From Pyrinomonadaceae bacterium (GTDB taxonomy: Bacteria > Acidobacteriota > Blastocatellia > Pyrinomonadales > Pyrinomonadaceae): a stretch of 64,000 nt of DNA. The position numbers and the translations under genes were made by a program. This document shows, piece by piece, positions 1 to 8,052 of the stretch (position 1 is the first letter of the stretch; the number at the start of each line of letters is the position of its first letter). The stretch is taken from positions 4,132,883-4,196,882 of the forward strand of contig OZ252004.1 of NCBI GenBank assembly GCA_965247235.1. Direction: 5' to 3'. The notes under the pieces are model-generated. The model was not told where the DNA came from. It made no database searches and was given only the letters and a program-made list of their open reading frames with translations.

Positions 1-1
1 C

Positions 2-820
2 GAAGAGATTACGAATGCTATCAAACTGGCGAACGAATATAATCTGAATCCGAAAAATAAAGATAAATTCGACGTGCTGATCGTCGGGCGCGGCGGCGGT
101 TCATCCGAAGATTTGTGGGCGTTTAATGAGGAAAGAGTGGCGCGGGCGATTCGCTGTTCGCTGATTCCGGTGATTTCCGCCGTCGGTCACGAGATTGATT
201 ATACGATTGCCGATTTTGTCTCGGACAGACGTGCGCCGACACCTTCCGCCGCCGCCGAAATCGTCGCCGAATCGGAAGATCAGATCGAGGCTTTTGTGCG
301 TCAGCGGACGCAGGATTTGTTTCAGTTGATGGAATATAAAATCTTGCAGTCGCGGTCGCATTTGCAGGAACTCGCGCTCGCGCCGGTGTTCGTCGAATTT
401 CCGCGCAAAATTACCGATTGGCGTTATGAAGTCGCTGATTTTCAGTCGCAAATCAGCGAAGTCTTTGCCGATAAATTGAAAGTTTCGGGCAAACGGCTCG
501 ATAAAATTCTCGCGCGTCTCTCGCCTTTGAAGCTGGCGGCGAAAGTTGCGGACAATCAAAAACGGCTCGCACTACTTGAACAGCGGACGATTTCGGCGGT
601 CAAAAAAAGAATTGACGACAAGGACGAAAACTTAAAAATCGAAATGGCATCGCTCGACGCGCTTTCTCCGCTGTCCGTGCTGAAACGCGGTTACGCAATT
701 GCCGAAAATGAACGCGGCGAGATTTTGCGCGACGCTCAAAAAGTAAAGATCGGCGACCGCGTGAAAATTCGGCTGGCAAAAGGTAAAATTGAAACACAGG
801 TTTTGGAAAGCGAAAATTGA
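2..820 (+). CDS. xseA: Exodeoxyribonuclease VII large subunit, C-terminal part (gene begins upstream of the window)
   Basis: Open frame from nt 2 with no stop. Conserved XseA C-terminal motifs ([53 protein letters not shown]). xseB lies 1 kb downstream. Confidence 0.85.
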   Translation, partial: EEITNAIKLANEYNLNPKNKDKFDVLIVGRGGGSSEDLWAFNEERVARAIRCSLIPVISAVGHEIDYTIADFVSDRRAPTPSAAAEIVAESEDQIEAFVRQRTQDLFQLMEYKILQSRSHLQELALAPVFVEFPRKITDWRYEVADFQSQISEVFADKLKVSGKRLDKILARLSPLKLAAKVADNQKRLALLEQRTISAVKKRIDDKDENLKIEMASLDALSPLSVLKRGYAIAENERGEILRDAQKVKIGDRVKIRLAKGKIETQVLESEN

Positions 821-885
821 TTGACACGAAGAATTAGATTTTCAATTTTCAGATGTGCGCTTTAATTTTAGTTGGATATTTATAG

Positions 886-1665
886 ATGTCGAAATTTACA
901 GTCAATCTCGAAGACGAACCGAAAATAGCAGCGAAATCCGCCCCGAAAGTGAACGCTCCGGCGTTCGGCGATTACCAGCAGCCGAAAAAGAAAAGCGGCT
1001 GTCTGAAATACGCCGGAATTTTCGCCGGAATTTTGGCGGTTGCTGCCGTGATCGGCGCAATCGGCGGTTATTTTTACTGGCAGAGTTTGAAAAAAACGCC
1101 GCAGTATTCGCTCGCTTTGCTGGTTGATGCGGCGCGGAAAGACGATCAAAAAACGATTGATTCGCTGGTTGATACCGACGCGGTAGTGGACGATTTTATG
1201 CCGCAGATTACCGATAAAGCCGTCGAGCTTTACGGTAAAGGTTTGCCGCCGCAGGCTTTGTCGAAAATCGCGCAGATTGCCGCGCCGGTTTTGCCCGCCG
1301 TCAAGGAACGCGCCCGCGCCGAACTGCCGAACCTGATTCGTGATAAAACCGACAAGTTGGCGAATGTCCCGTTTGCCGCCATCGTGATCGGCGCAGACCG
1401 TTATCTGGACATCAAGCAGGAAGGCGAAACGGCGACGATTAAGAGCAAAATTCCCGATCAGCAGTTTGAATTAAAAATGAAGCGCAACGGCAATGTCTGG
1501 CAGTTAATCGGCGCAAAAGACGACAAACTGGCGACCAAAATCGCCCAAAAAATCGGACAGGAAATCATCGCCGCCGCGACCAACAAAGGCAGCGGCACAG
1601 GCGACACGTTCGGAGTAAAAAACTTACAGGATTTATTGAAAAAAGCCAACGATCTGTTGAAGTGA
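886..1665 (+). CDS. Hypothetical membrane-anchored protein (one N-proximal TM helix, Lys/Ala-rich)
   Basis: 259-aa ORF with TM segment GIFAGILAVAAVIGAIGGYFYW. No recognisable catalytic motif. Confidence 0.55.
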   Translation: MSKFTVNLEDEPKIAAKSAPKVNAPAFGDYQQPKKKSGCLKYAGIFAGILAVAAVIGAIGGYFYWQSLKKTPQYSLALLVDAARKDDQKTIDSLVDTDAVVDDFMPQITDKAVELYGKGLPPQALSKIAQIAAPVLPAVKERARAELPNLIRDKTDKLANVPFAAIVIGADRYLDIKQEGETATIKSKIPDQQFELKMKRNGNVWQLIGAKDDKLATKIAQKIGQEIIAAATNKGSGTGDTFGVKNLQDLLKKANDLLK

Positions 1666-1824
1666 GTTTACAGGAAGTTTGCAGGAAGTTTGCAGGAAGT
1701 TGCAGGAAATAAAGAATTATTTTTTTTGATTTTTGATTTATATTAAGCTGAAATAATTAACATCTTTAAATTCTTAATACTATCTGCAACTTCCTGCAAC
1801 TTCCCGTAAACTTCCTGTAAACTC
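1666..1824. repeat. Large inverted repeat (about 40-bp arms of GTTTACAGGAAGTTTGCAGG-type units, 75-nt AT-rich loop) between the hypothetical gene and xseB
   Basis: Left arm 1666-1708 gtttacaggaagtttgcaggaagtttgcaggaagttgcagg. Right arm 1784-1824 ctgcaacttcctgcaacttcccgtaaacttcctgtaaac is its near-perfect reverse complement. Confidence 0.7.
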
Positions 1825-1833
1825 TAAAAACCT

Positions 1834-2133
1834 ATGAAGCAAACATTTGAATCATCACTCGGCGATTTGGAGAAAATCGTTCGCAAATTGGAAGACGGCG
1901 AGATGTCTCTGGAAGAAAGTTTGAAGTTGTTTGAAGACGGCGTAAAACTTTCGCGTGAATGTCAGGAAAGGCTCAATCAAGCTGAACGGCGGATCGAAGT
2001 TTTGCTCAAAGACGCGGACGGTAATCCGACACTGCACGCACTTGCGCCGGAAGATTTGCGCGAAGAACGTCAGCCGAAAATAAAAAAACGAATCGTTTTC
2101 GATGATGACGATGCGGATGAATCGGTTTTTTAA
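1834..2133 (+). CDS. xseB: Exodeoxyribonuclease VII small subunit
   Basis: Typical XseB N-terminus ([44 protein letters not shown]). Acidic C-terminal extension. Confidence 0.85.
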   Translation: MKQTFESSLGDLEKIVRKLEDGEMSLEESLKLFEDGVKLSRECQERLNQAERRIEVLLKDADGNPTLHALAPEDLREERQPKIKKRIVFDDDDADESVF

Positions 2134-2318
2134 AAGTCCAGAGTCCCGCGTTTACGCGGCAACCGCCGGCGAAACGCGGCGAAAAAGCCGCATGAAGGCG
2201 CGACTCTGAACTTCTTGAATTTTGTTTAATTAATTGCCTAAAAAACATTCACGAATTTGATTGGTTTGACTATAATTTTCAATATAGTTTTGAATTACGA
2301 ACAAAGGGGAATTAAATA

Positions 2319-3368
2319 ATGAACAGACGGAAATTTATCGGCGGCAGTGTGGCTGCCGCCGGAATTTTGAAATTTGCATCAAACGCATCAGGTGCGGAAA
2401 CGGACGAAAAGATAATGGCTAAAAATCAGGAGACAATACTCGAAGGTGAAATGATTTACCGGACACTCGGCGCGACCGGCGAAAAGGTTTCGGCAATCGG
2501 AATGGGCGGTTTTCATTTGAGCAAGCCGCCGACCGACGAAGCCGCCGTTAAACTGGTTCGCACGGCGATTGATCGCGGCATCACGTTTATGGATAATTGT
2601 TGGGATTACGCCGACGGCTTGAGCGAGATTCGCGCCGGTAAAGCCTTGAAAGACGGTTATCGCAACAAAGTTTTTCAGATGTCGAAAATTGACGGGCGCG
2701 ATAAAAAAACGGCGGCGAAACAGATTGACGAATCGCTCGCGCGGCTGCAAACCGACCGCATTGACCTGATGCAGTTTCACGAGATCATTCGTTTTGAAGA
2801 CCCTGACAAGATATTTGCCGAAGGCGGCGCGATGGAAGCGATGCTCGAAGCCAAAAAAGCCGGGAAAATCCGCTATATCGGTTTCACGGGACATAAAAAT
2901 CCGGCGATTCATCTGCAAATGCTCGAAGTAGCGGCGGCGCACGACATCAAATTTGACGCGGTGCAGTTGCCGCTCAACGTAATGGACGCGCATTTTCGTT
3001 CGTTTGAAAAACAGGTTCTGCCGCAACTCGTCGAAGGCAAAATCGGCGTTCTCGGGATGAAGTCTTTGGGCGATCCGTTTATTCTCGACAGCAAAACGGT
3101 GACGGCGGAAGAATGTTTGAATTATACGCTCAGTCTGCCGACTTCGGTGGTTATCACCGGCATTGATAAACCCGAAATTCTCGAACAGGCGTTTAAAGTA
3201 GCGAAAAATTTCAAGCCTTTAACCAAAACCGAAATGAACGCGATGCTGGCAAAAACCAAAGAAGCGGCGATGACCGGGAAATACGAAAAATTCAAAACCG
3301 ATTCGCATTTCGACGGCACGGCGAAAAATCCGCTCTGGCTTGGAACGGCGATGAAAGAACAGAATTGA
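2319..3368 (+). CDS. Aldo/keto reductase, Tat-exported
   Basis: Twin-arginine signal (MNRRKFIGGSVAAAGIL...SGAE). AKR motifs (DNCWDYADGLSE, DLMQFHEI, IRYIGFTGH). 349 aa. Confidence 0.8.
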   Translation: MNRRKFIGGSVAAAGILKFASNASGAETDEKIMAKNQETILEGEMIYRTLGATGEKVSAIGMGGFHLSKPPTDEAAVKLVRTAIDRGITFMDNCWDYADGLSEIRAGKALKDGYRNKVFQMSKIDGRDKKTAAKQIDESLARLQTDRIDLMQFHEIIRFEDPDKIFAEGGAMEAMLEAKKAGKIRYIGFTGHKNPAIHLQMLEVAAAHDIKFDAVQLPLNVMDAHFRSFEKQVLPQLVEGKIGVLGMKSLGDPFILDSKTVTAEECLNYTLSLPTSVVITGIDKPEILEQAFKVAKNFKPLTKTEMNAMLAKTKEAAMTGKYEKFKTDSHFDGTAKNPLWLGTAMKEQN

Positions 3369-3472
3369 TGAGGGATGAAGGATGAAGGATGAGGGATGAA
3401 TGGGAAAATTTAAGATTTAAGATTTAAGATTTAAGACTTCTGTCTTTCATTCATCCCTCATCCTTCATCCCT
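3369..3472. repeat. Palindromic element, family A (GGGATGAAG arms) with a 4x TTTAAGAT loop
   Basis: Arm tgatgagggatgaaggatgaaggatgagggatgaatg is matched by cattcatccctcatccttcatccc. Related copies at 33113-33202, 33860-33946, 34395-34503 and 38225-38464. Confidence 0.75.
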
Positions 3473-3869
3473 TACTCTCCGCCGGTTCCTGGAAACTCGC
3501 TTTAGCTGACGGAACGCCGCCGGTCATTTGGAGAGCGACGATGATGCGGCGGGCTTCGTCGCGGAAAGAGGGAAGTTTGCGACCGAAAAAGAGCGAGCCG
3601 ACGATACAGACCGCGCCGCCGAACGTCGTCAGCAAAAACACCGGCATCTGTCCGGCAAAACCGATCAAACCGAGCAGCGAGACATTGCCTGTAATGCTGT
3701 AAACCAGCCAACTCTGCGCGACCGACTGCATCCACGTTCCGATCAGCGAAATAAATTGTCCCGAAAAAAATAATTGAAAATTGCGATGTTTGAGAGCGCG
3801 AAATGTCGAAGGAATTCTCGATTCGCCGCCGTTTATTTTAGTCTCGTCTGCTGCCGTTTCACCTTTCAT
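3465..3869 (-). pseudogene. MFS transporter 5' fragment (first ~3 TM helices only), truncated where palindromic element A begins
   Basis: 134-aa ORF with MFS N-terminal signature (RNFQLFFSGQFISLIGTWMQSVAQSWLVY). Full MFS proteins are about 400 aa. The last 3 codons and the stop lie inside the palindrome arm. Confidence 0.55.
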
Positions 3870-4080
3870 AAATCCCTTTTTGGTAAAAATATAAATATAC
3901 CAAAATCTTTCAAGTCAAGTCGGAACCGTCTGCGGCAGCGGATGGTTTAACTGTGCATTTAGAAAGTCTGCCCTCATTTCAGATACAATCTTTAATTGCC
4001 GAAAAATGCTTTGACAGACAAAAAAAATGCTTCCGAAATTTTATCGAAAGCATTAACGATTTTTTCCTTTTTCTTGCTTT

Positions 4081-4137
4081 GCAACTTTGCGCCTTTGCGG
4101 GAAAAACTCAATTATTTCCTGCAAAGCCGCAAAGTTA
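4081..4137. repeat. Hairpin of dispersed repeat family D (TTTGCGCCTTTGCGGGAAA), terminator-like, immediately 3' of the BI-1 gene
   Basis: caactttgcgcctttgcggga ... tcctgcaaagccgcaaagtt inverted repeat. The same 17-mer core recurs at 36838-36870, 38300-38375 and about 58790. Confidence 0.55.
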
Positions 4138-4159
4138 AACTGAAAGATTTACAGAGCAA

Positions 4160-4870
4160 TTATCTTCTCGAACTGAAAATCTGCAAAATATACCAGAACA
4201 GCAAAGCGACGCTTGAGAACAACGAGAGCGAAGCGGCGACGTGCTGATTCGGGCTGTACTTGTGCAGGACATTCGATGTTTGATACAAAATCGAACCGCC
4301 TGCGAACGCGACCATCAGAAACGCGAAAATGTTGCCGATACTGAATCCGAAAATCAGGTTGACCGCGATAAAGCCGAGCGCAACAAAACCGGCGATAGAT
4401 AAAATCGGTCCGAGAAACGAAAAATCTTTGCGCGTTAAAAAGACAACCGCCGTGATGCCCAGAAATAAACCGAGCGTGACGATGCCGGCTTTCACAATCA
4501 CGTCGCTGCCCGAATAATGGCTGACGATAAAGAGCAAAGGCACGAAAATAATCGCTTCGGCGACGGTGTAAAGTCCGAGACCGAGATACTGCATTCCTTT
4601 GGATGTCGGCGAATTTGCCCAATTATTGGCGACCGTCGAAACGCCCATAAAGACCGCCAAAACGATAAACCAACTCACTCTGCCGCCCAGAAAAACAGTC
4701 TGCGCGATCATTCCGCCGATGCCCGACATCATCAGCAAAGCTTCGATCAATGCGAACGCCGCGAGCGCACCTGCCAGATGAACGTATGTTTTGCGGATAA
4801 ACGACGCGCGTTCTTCCGGCAGCGCGTCCGCCGCTGAATAATTTCCGTATGATTCTGAATATGTGTTCAT
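4160..4870 (-). CDS. Bax inhibitor-1/YccA family membrane protein
   Basis: Seven predicted TM helices. N-terminal MNTYSESYGNYSAAD..FIRKTYVHLAGAL is typical of the BI-1/YccA family. GGAGG sits 8 nt upstream of the ATG at 4870. The longer ORF-track start is unlikely. Confidence 0.75.
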   Translation of the reverse strand: MNTYSESYGNYSAADALPEERASFIRKTYVHLAGALAAFALIEALLMMSGIGGMIAQTVFLGGRVSWFIVLAVFMGVSTVANNWANSPTSKGMQYLGLGLYTVAEAIIFVPLLFIVSHYSGSDVIVKAGIVTLGLFLGITAVVFLTRKDFSFLGPILSIAGFVALGFIAVNLIFGFSIGNIFAFLMVAFAGGSILYQTSNVLHKYSPNQHVAASLSLFSSVALLFWYILQIFSSRR

Positions 4871-5007
4871 TTTTCCTCCTGAAAAATAACTGTTGATTGG
4901 ATGCAAAAAAGTTTGAAATCTCTGTCTGATATGATAGCACGAACGGCGGTTTGCCAATCGAAAAATATCGCTTGTCAATTTCCGCCGGAACGTCTATTTT
5001 ATCAATT

Positions 5008-5706
5008 ATGAAAAACATTTTATCCCTGATCGCGCTGCTCGTTTTACTTTCCGGCAACTCTTTCGCACAGAAAAATTTTCTGCTCAAAGATGCTTCAAAA
5101 ACCTACGATGTGAAAATCGTCATCGCCAAATGCGACGGCGACACCTGCGAAGGTAAATCAACCGTCAGCTTTATCAAAAAGGGCGAAACGGCGGCTTTTC
5201 AAACCGTTCAAATGCCGAATATGTATCTCGAACTCGGCGAAAATAAAAAACCGACCGCCAATCTCGTCGAACTTTACGGCGACAACAACAGCGGCGTAAT
5301 TTTTGACGATTTCAATTTTGACGGCGTTGACGACGTAGCTCTGAGAAACGGCAACGACGGTTCATACGGCGGACCTTCGTATGACGTTTATTTAGCGGTC
5401 GTGCCGTCGCGCAAATTCGTCAAGAACGCCGAATTAAGTGCGCTTGCCAATCAATCGCTCGGACTTTTCAGCGTGGACAAAAAAGCCGAACTGCTCGAAA
5501 CATTCGGCAAAGACGGCTGCTGTTACCACGAAACGACACGCTATCGGGTTATTAATAATCGCCCGAAGAAAGTTTACGTTTTCATCGAAGACGCGCAGGG
5601 CGGCGACGGTTCAAAAGTCGTTTTGACGAGAAAAACGCTCGTCAAAGGCAAATGGGTAACGAAAACCGAAACTAAGCTGACGAAAGATTATTACAAAGAT
5701 AATTAA
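5008..5706 (+). CDS. Secreted hypothetical protein (Sec signal peptide)
   Basis: Signal peptide MKNILSLIALLVLLSGNSFAQ. 232-aa mature protein with CDGDTCEG and DGCCYHE cysteine pairs. Confidence 0.55.
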   Translation: MKNILSLIALLVLLSGNSFAQKNFLLKDASKTYDVKIVIAKCDGDTCEGKSTVSFIKKGETAAFQTVQMPNMYLELGENKKPTANLVELYGDNNSGVIFDDFNFDGVDDVALRNGNDGSYGGPSYDVYLAVVPSRKFVKNAELSALANQSLGLFSVDKKAELLETFGKDGCCYHETTRYRVINNRPKKVYVFIEDAQGGDGSKVVLTRKTLVKGKWVTKTETKLTKDYYKDN

Positions 5707-5730
5707 GGGTGAATTCACTATTTAAAAGGC

Positions 5731-5874
5731 AGAAGCCCGCGCGTGAGCAAGGGCGGATAGAATCGCAGAATCTACGCCCAAACAAGATTTGAGTTTATAT
5801 GAGAAATTTCACCTGCAAAATCCGGTTGTAGAAACTGCAATTTTATCCGCCGCTTGCTCAAGCGCGGGCTTCTG
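5731..5874. repeat. Inverted repeat element, family E (about 28-bp GC-rich arms, 85-nt spacer)
   Basis: agaagcccgcgcgtgagcaagggcggata is matched by tatccgccgcttgctcaagcgcgggcttct. Confidence 0.6.
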
Positions 5875-5902
5875 AATTCAACCGACCATAAATTTAAAGC
5901 AG

Positions 5903-5937
5903 AAAAAAGGCGATTTGCTCAGAATCGCCTTTTTTTA
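5903..5937. terminator. Rho-independent terminator (bidirectional hairpin plus T-run)
   Basis: aaaaaaggcgatttgctcagaatcgccttttttt. Confidence 0.7.
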
Positions 5938-6234
5938 GATTTTTAACGGTTGCTTTGTTAAATAGACCAGCCGAAGATATTGTTGATAACGATTAAAGCA
6001 TTATTGCTTTTTTAACACCGCCATACTTTTAGTAATCAACGCCGAACTACCAACTGCAACAAACTATTTTTACCTTTCCGAATTTTTCCCGGCTCGCCGT
6101 TTTCCGACTCACCGGCTTAAACAATCCGGCGGCGTTTCGATTGAACTTTCTGTCATATCTATCACCTCCTAACTATTAAGATACGCCGAAAAAAAAGATT
6201 GTCAATCTTTTTTATTCAAAGAATTTCAGAAAAT

Positions 6235-6264
6235 AAAAAACGCCTGCAATGAGGCGTTTTTTAC
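6235..6264. terminator. Rho-independent terminator 3' of the ABM gene. A second hairpin (aagattgtcaatctt plus T-run) lies at 6191-6218
   Basis: aaaaaacgcctgcaatgaggcgtttttt. Confidence 0.65.
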
Positions 6265-6284
6265 TAATTAATATCTATCGAAAT

Positions 6285-6578
6285 TTATTTAACTGCCAGC
6301 AATTCCACCTTTTCAATCTTCGGGTCTTCCGCTAAAAGTTCATCTTTTTTCGCCATCAGTGCAGCGGCGATTTTGCCGTTGAGATGCGCGTCGCGTCCTT
6401 CTTCGCCTTCAAACGTATCGAAAATGCCGAACGTCGAATCGTCGAATTTGAGCGCATACCAACTGACCGTTAATTCTTCTTCCTGCGCCAAACCGAGACC
6501 GCCGTTTAAAAATTCTTCAAGCGCGGATTCCTGTCCGGCTTTCGCCTTTAATTTTGCAAATAATGCTTTTTTGACCAT
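6285..6578 (-). CDS. Antibiotic-biosynthesis-monooxygenase (ABM) domain protein
   Basis: 97 aa. The ABM-like ferredoxin-fold pattern (VSWYALKFDDSTFGIFDTFEGEEGRDAHL) is assigned from memory. Confidence 0.6.
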   Translation of the reverse strand: MVKKALFAKLKAKAGQESALEEFLNGGLGLAQEEELTVSWYALKFDDSTFGIFDTFEGEEGRDAHLNGKIAAALMAKKDELLAEDPKIEKVELLAVK

Positions 6579-6703
6579 TTTATTTCTCCTTTATTTGTGT
6601 GTTTTTTAGTATCGAAGATTTAGTTCGCCAACCTCGTCTTTTCAGATTCGATTCTGAGAATCCGACTAAATCTTAAACAATAAATCTCAAATCTCAAATC
6701 CTC

Positions 6704-7204
6704 TCATTTCCTAATCACGCGAATCACTTCGCCGGGTGCGCTTTCGTTGCCTTTTGAATCAACGGCGCGAACATAATAGAAATAGATTTCGCCCGACTGC
6801 ACACCTTCGTCTTTATATTCGGTCGTCGGAATCGGCTTGTCATTGCGCCGTTCCCATTGATCGAGCGGGACGTTTTGGTCAGCCGAACGATACATATTAT
6901 AACCGGCAAAATCGGCGAGCGGATTTTGTTCGTAGGTGTTTCCGGCGTGATCGGTAAACGAACTTTTCGGTGTCACCGGCGCACTTTCAACGCCGTTTGC
7001 ATCAACCTGCGTCAATTTATAAAAATATCGCTGCCCGATTTCCGCCATCGGATCGCTGAAATTTCCTTCGGCAATCGGCGCGTCCGTCAGTCGTTCCCAA
7101 AACATAAACGGCAGATTTTCATTAACCGAACGATAAACGTGAAAGCCGGCATAATTTTTGCCGCCGGACGAGAGTTTTTTCTTCAATTTGTATTTCTTTT
7201 TCAT
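6704..7204 (-). CDS. Hypothetical protein with two tandem about 70-aa beta-rich repeats (FN3-like)
   Basis: Internal duplication: Y(H/N)(V/M)YRS..N(L/V)P...WER...YFY(K/Y)(L/V)..VD.(N/K)G.ESAP. No signal peptide. Lys-rich N-terminus. Confidence 0.45.
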   Translation of the reverse strand: MKKKYKLKKKLSSGGKNYAGFHVYRSVNENLPFMFWERLTDAPIAEGNFSDPMAEIGQRYFYKLTQVDANGVESAPVTPKSSFTDHAGNTYEQNPLADFAGYNMYRSADQNVPLDQWERRNDKPIPTTEYKDEGVQSGEIYFYYVRAVDSKGNESAPGEVIRVIRK

Positions 7205-7224
7205 AACAAACCCATTTTATTAAA

Positions 7225-7258
7225 TAAAAAAGGCGACTCAAAATTGAATCGCCTTTCA
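7225..7258. terminator. Hairpin terminator between two minus-strand genes
   Basis: aaaaaaggcgactcaaaattgaatcgcctttcag. Confidence 0.55.
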
Positions 7259-7279
7259 GTTAAACAAAATCCTTTTAAT

Positions 7280-7636
7280 TTAAGGATTTTTGGGCTTTTT
7301 CGTCGGTCGCTTGCGTTCGGATTTGCGTTTGCCGCCCGCCATTTCGTATTCGTCGCTGTCTTTGCCGTATTTTGCGCCGACTGCCAGTAAAAAACGCTCG
7401 TTCAAATCGCGCAGTTCCTTTTCCGTTACCTCGAAGCTGTTGGCTTTTTGGTCAACTTGCGAAAGCAGCGTGTTATGTTCTTCCAAAATCTTATAAGCCT
7501 CGTCAATTTTCGCCTCGAACAAGGCGACGGATGAACCGTTTCCCAAATCGAGTTTGCTGTCTATTGATTTAATGCCCGCTAATCGTTCGGCTGCGTCAAC
7601 CATACTTTTAGTCGGTGATTTTTTTGTTCTTGCCAT
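7280..7636 (-). CDS. Hypothetical protein with basic N- and C-terminal tails
   Basis: 118-aa ORF preceded by an iteron-like repeat array. No recognisable domain. Confidence 0.45.
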   Translation of the reverse strand: MARTKKSPTKSMVDAAERLAGIKSIDSKLDLGNGSSVALFEAKIDEAYKILEEHNTLLSQVDQKANSFEVTEKELRDLNERFLLAVGAKYGKDSDEYEMAGGKRKSERKRPTKKPKNP

Positions 7637-7735
7637 TGAATTTTGCTCCTTAAATGCAATCCGTTCTGACCGCCGTTTTCGATTGAAGGCAAACGAAAAC
7701 GGGTTAAAAGACGTTGTTTTTAGATTAAACTAACA

Positions 7736-7935
7736 GTCAATTCGATATTGTGTAAAACATATCGAATAACGTCAAGGCTGAATTCGATTCAGTAGTCATT
7801 AAATTCGATTGACAGAAGACGTTATTCGATTCTATTAACTCTAAATTCGATTGACTCCTCTGTCAATCGAATTTAATGATGATCTTATTCGATTGATAGT
7901 CCACCAAATCGAATATGATGATGACCGAATCAATC
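7736..7935. promoter_or_regulatory. Array of about 10 ATTCGAT(TGA) motifs, direct and inverted, spaced about 20-23 bp, including a perfect palindrome aaattcgattgac..gtcaatcgaattt
   Basis: The motif occurs at about 7741, 7762, 7784, 7803, 7825, 7846, 7865, 7887, 7907 and 7925. It lies upstream of the 7280..7636 gene and 3' of the R-M gene. Confidence 0.5.
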
Positions 7936-8052
7936 TTCGTTATCATTAAATCAACCACAGCATAAAGTAAATCGTTCACAATTACAACAAAAATCTTTTC
8001 ACCGATAAACAGACAACCCGACGCGCATCATTTTCGAGCCAACATCAATCAT

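Noticed and set aside
886-1665. The gene inserted between xseA and xseB, considered as a possible mobile insertion
   Set aside because: There are no repeat flanks or mobility genes, and the GC is similar to the neighbours. A separated xseA/xseB pair is not unusual.
3953-4247. Two small plus-strand ORFs (61 and 83 aa) between the MFS fragment and the BI-1 gene
   Set aside because: They overlap the family D hairpin/terminator, have no RBS and are low complexity. The region is better explained as repeat or terminator.
7736-7935. A possible CRISPR array suggested by the regularly spaced repeats
   Set aside because: The repeat units are only about 10-13 bp, occur in both orientations and have variable spacing of 20-23 bp. 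There are no cas genes and no leader. The array fits regulator binding sites or iterons better.
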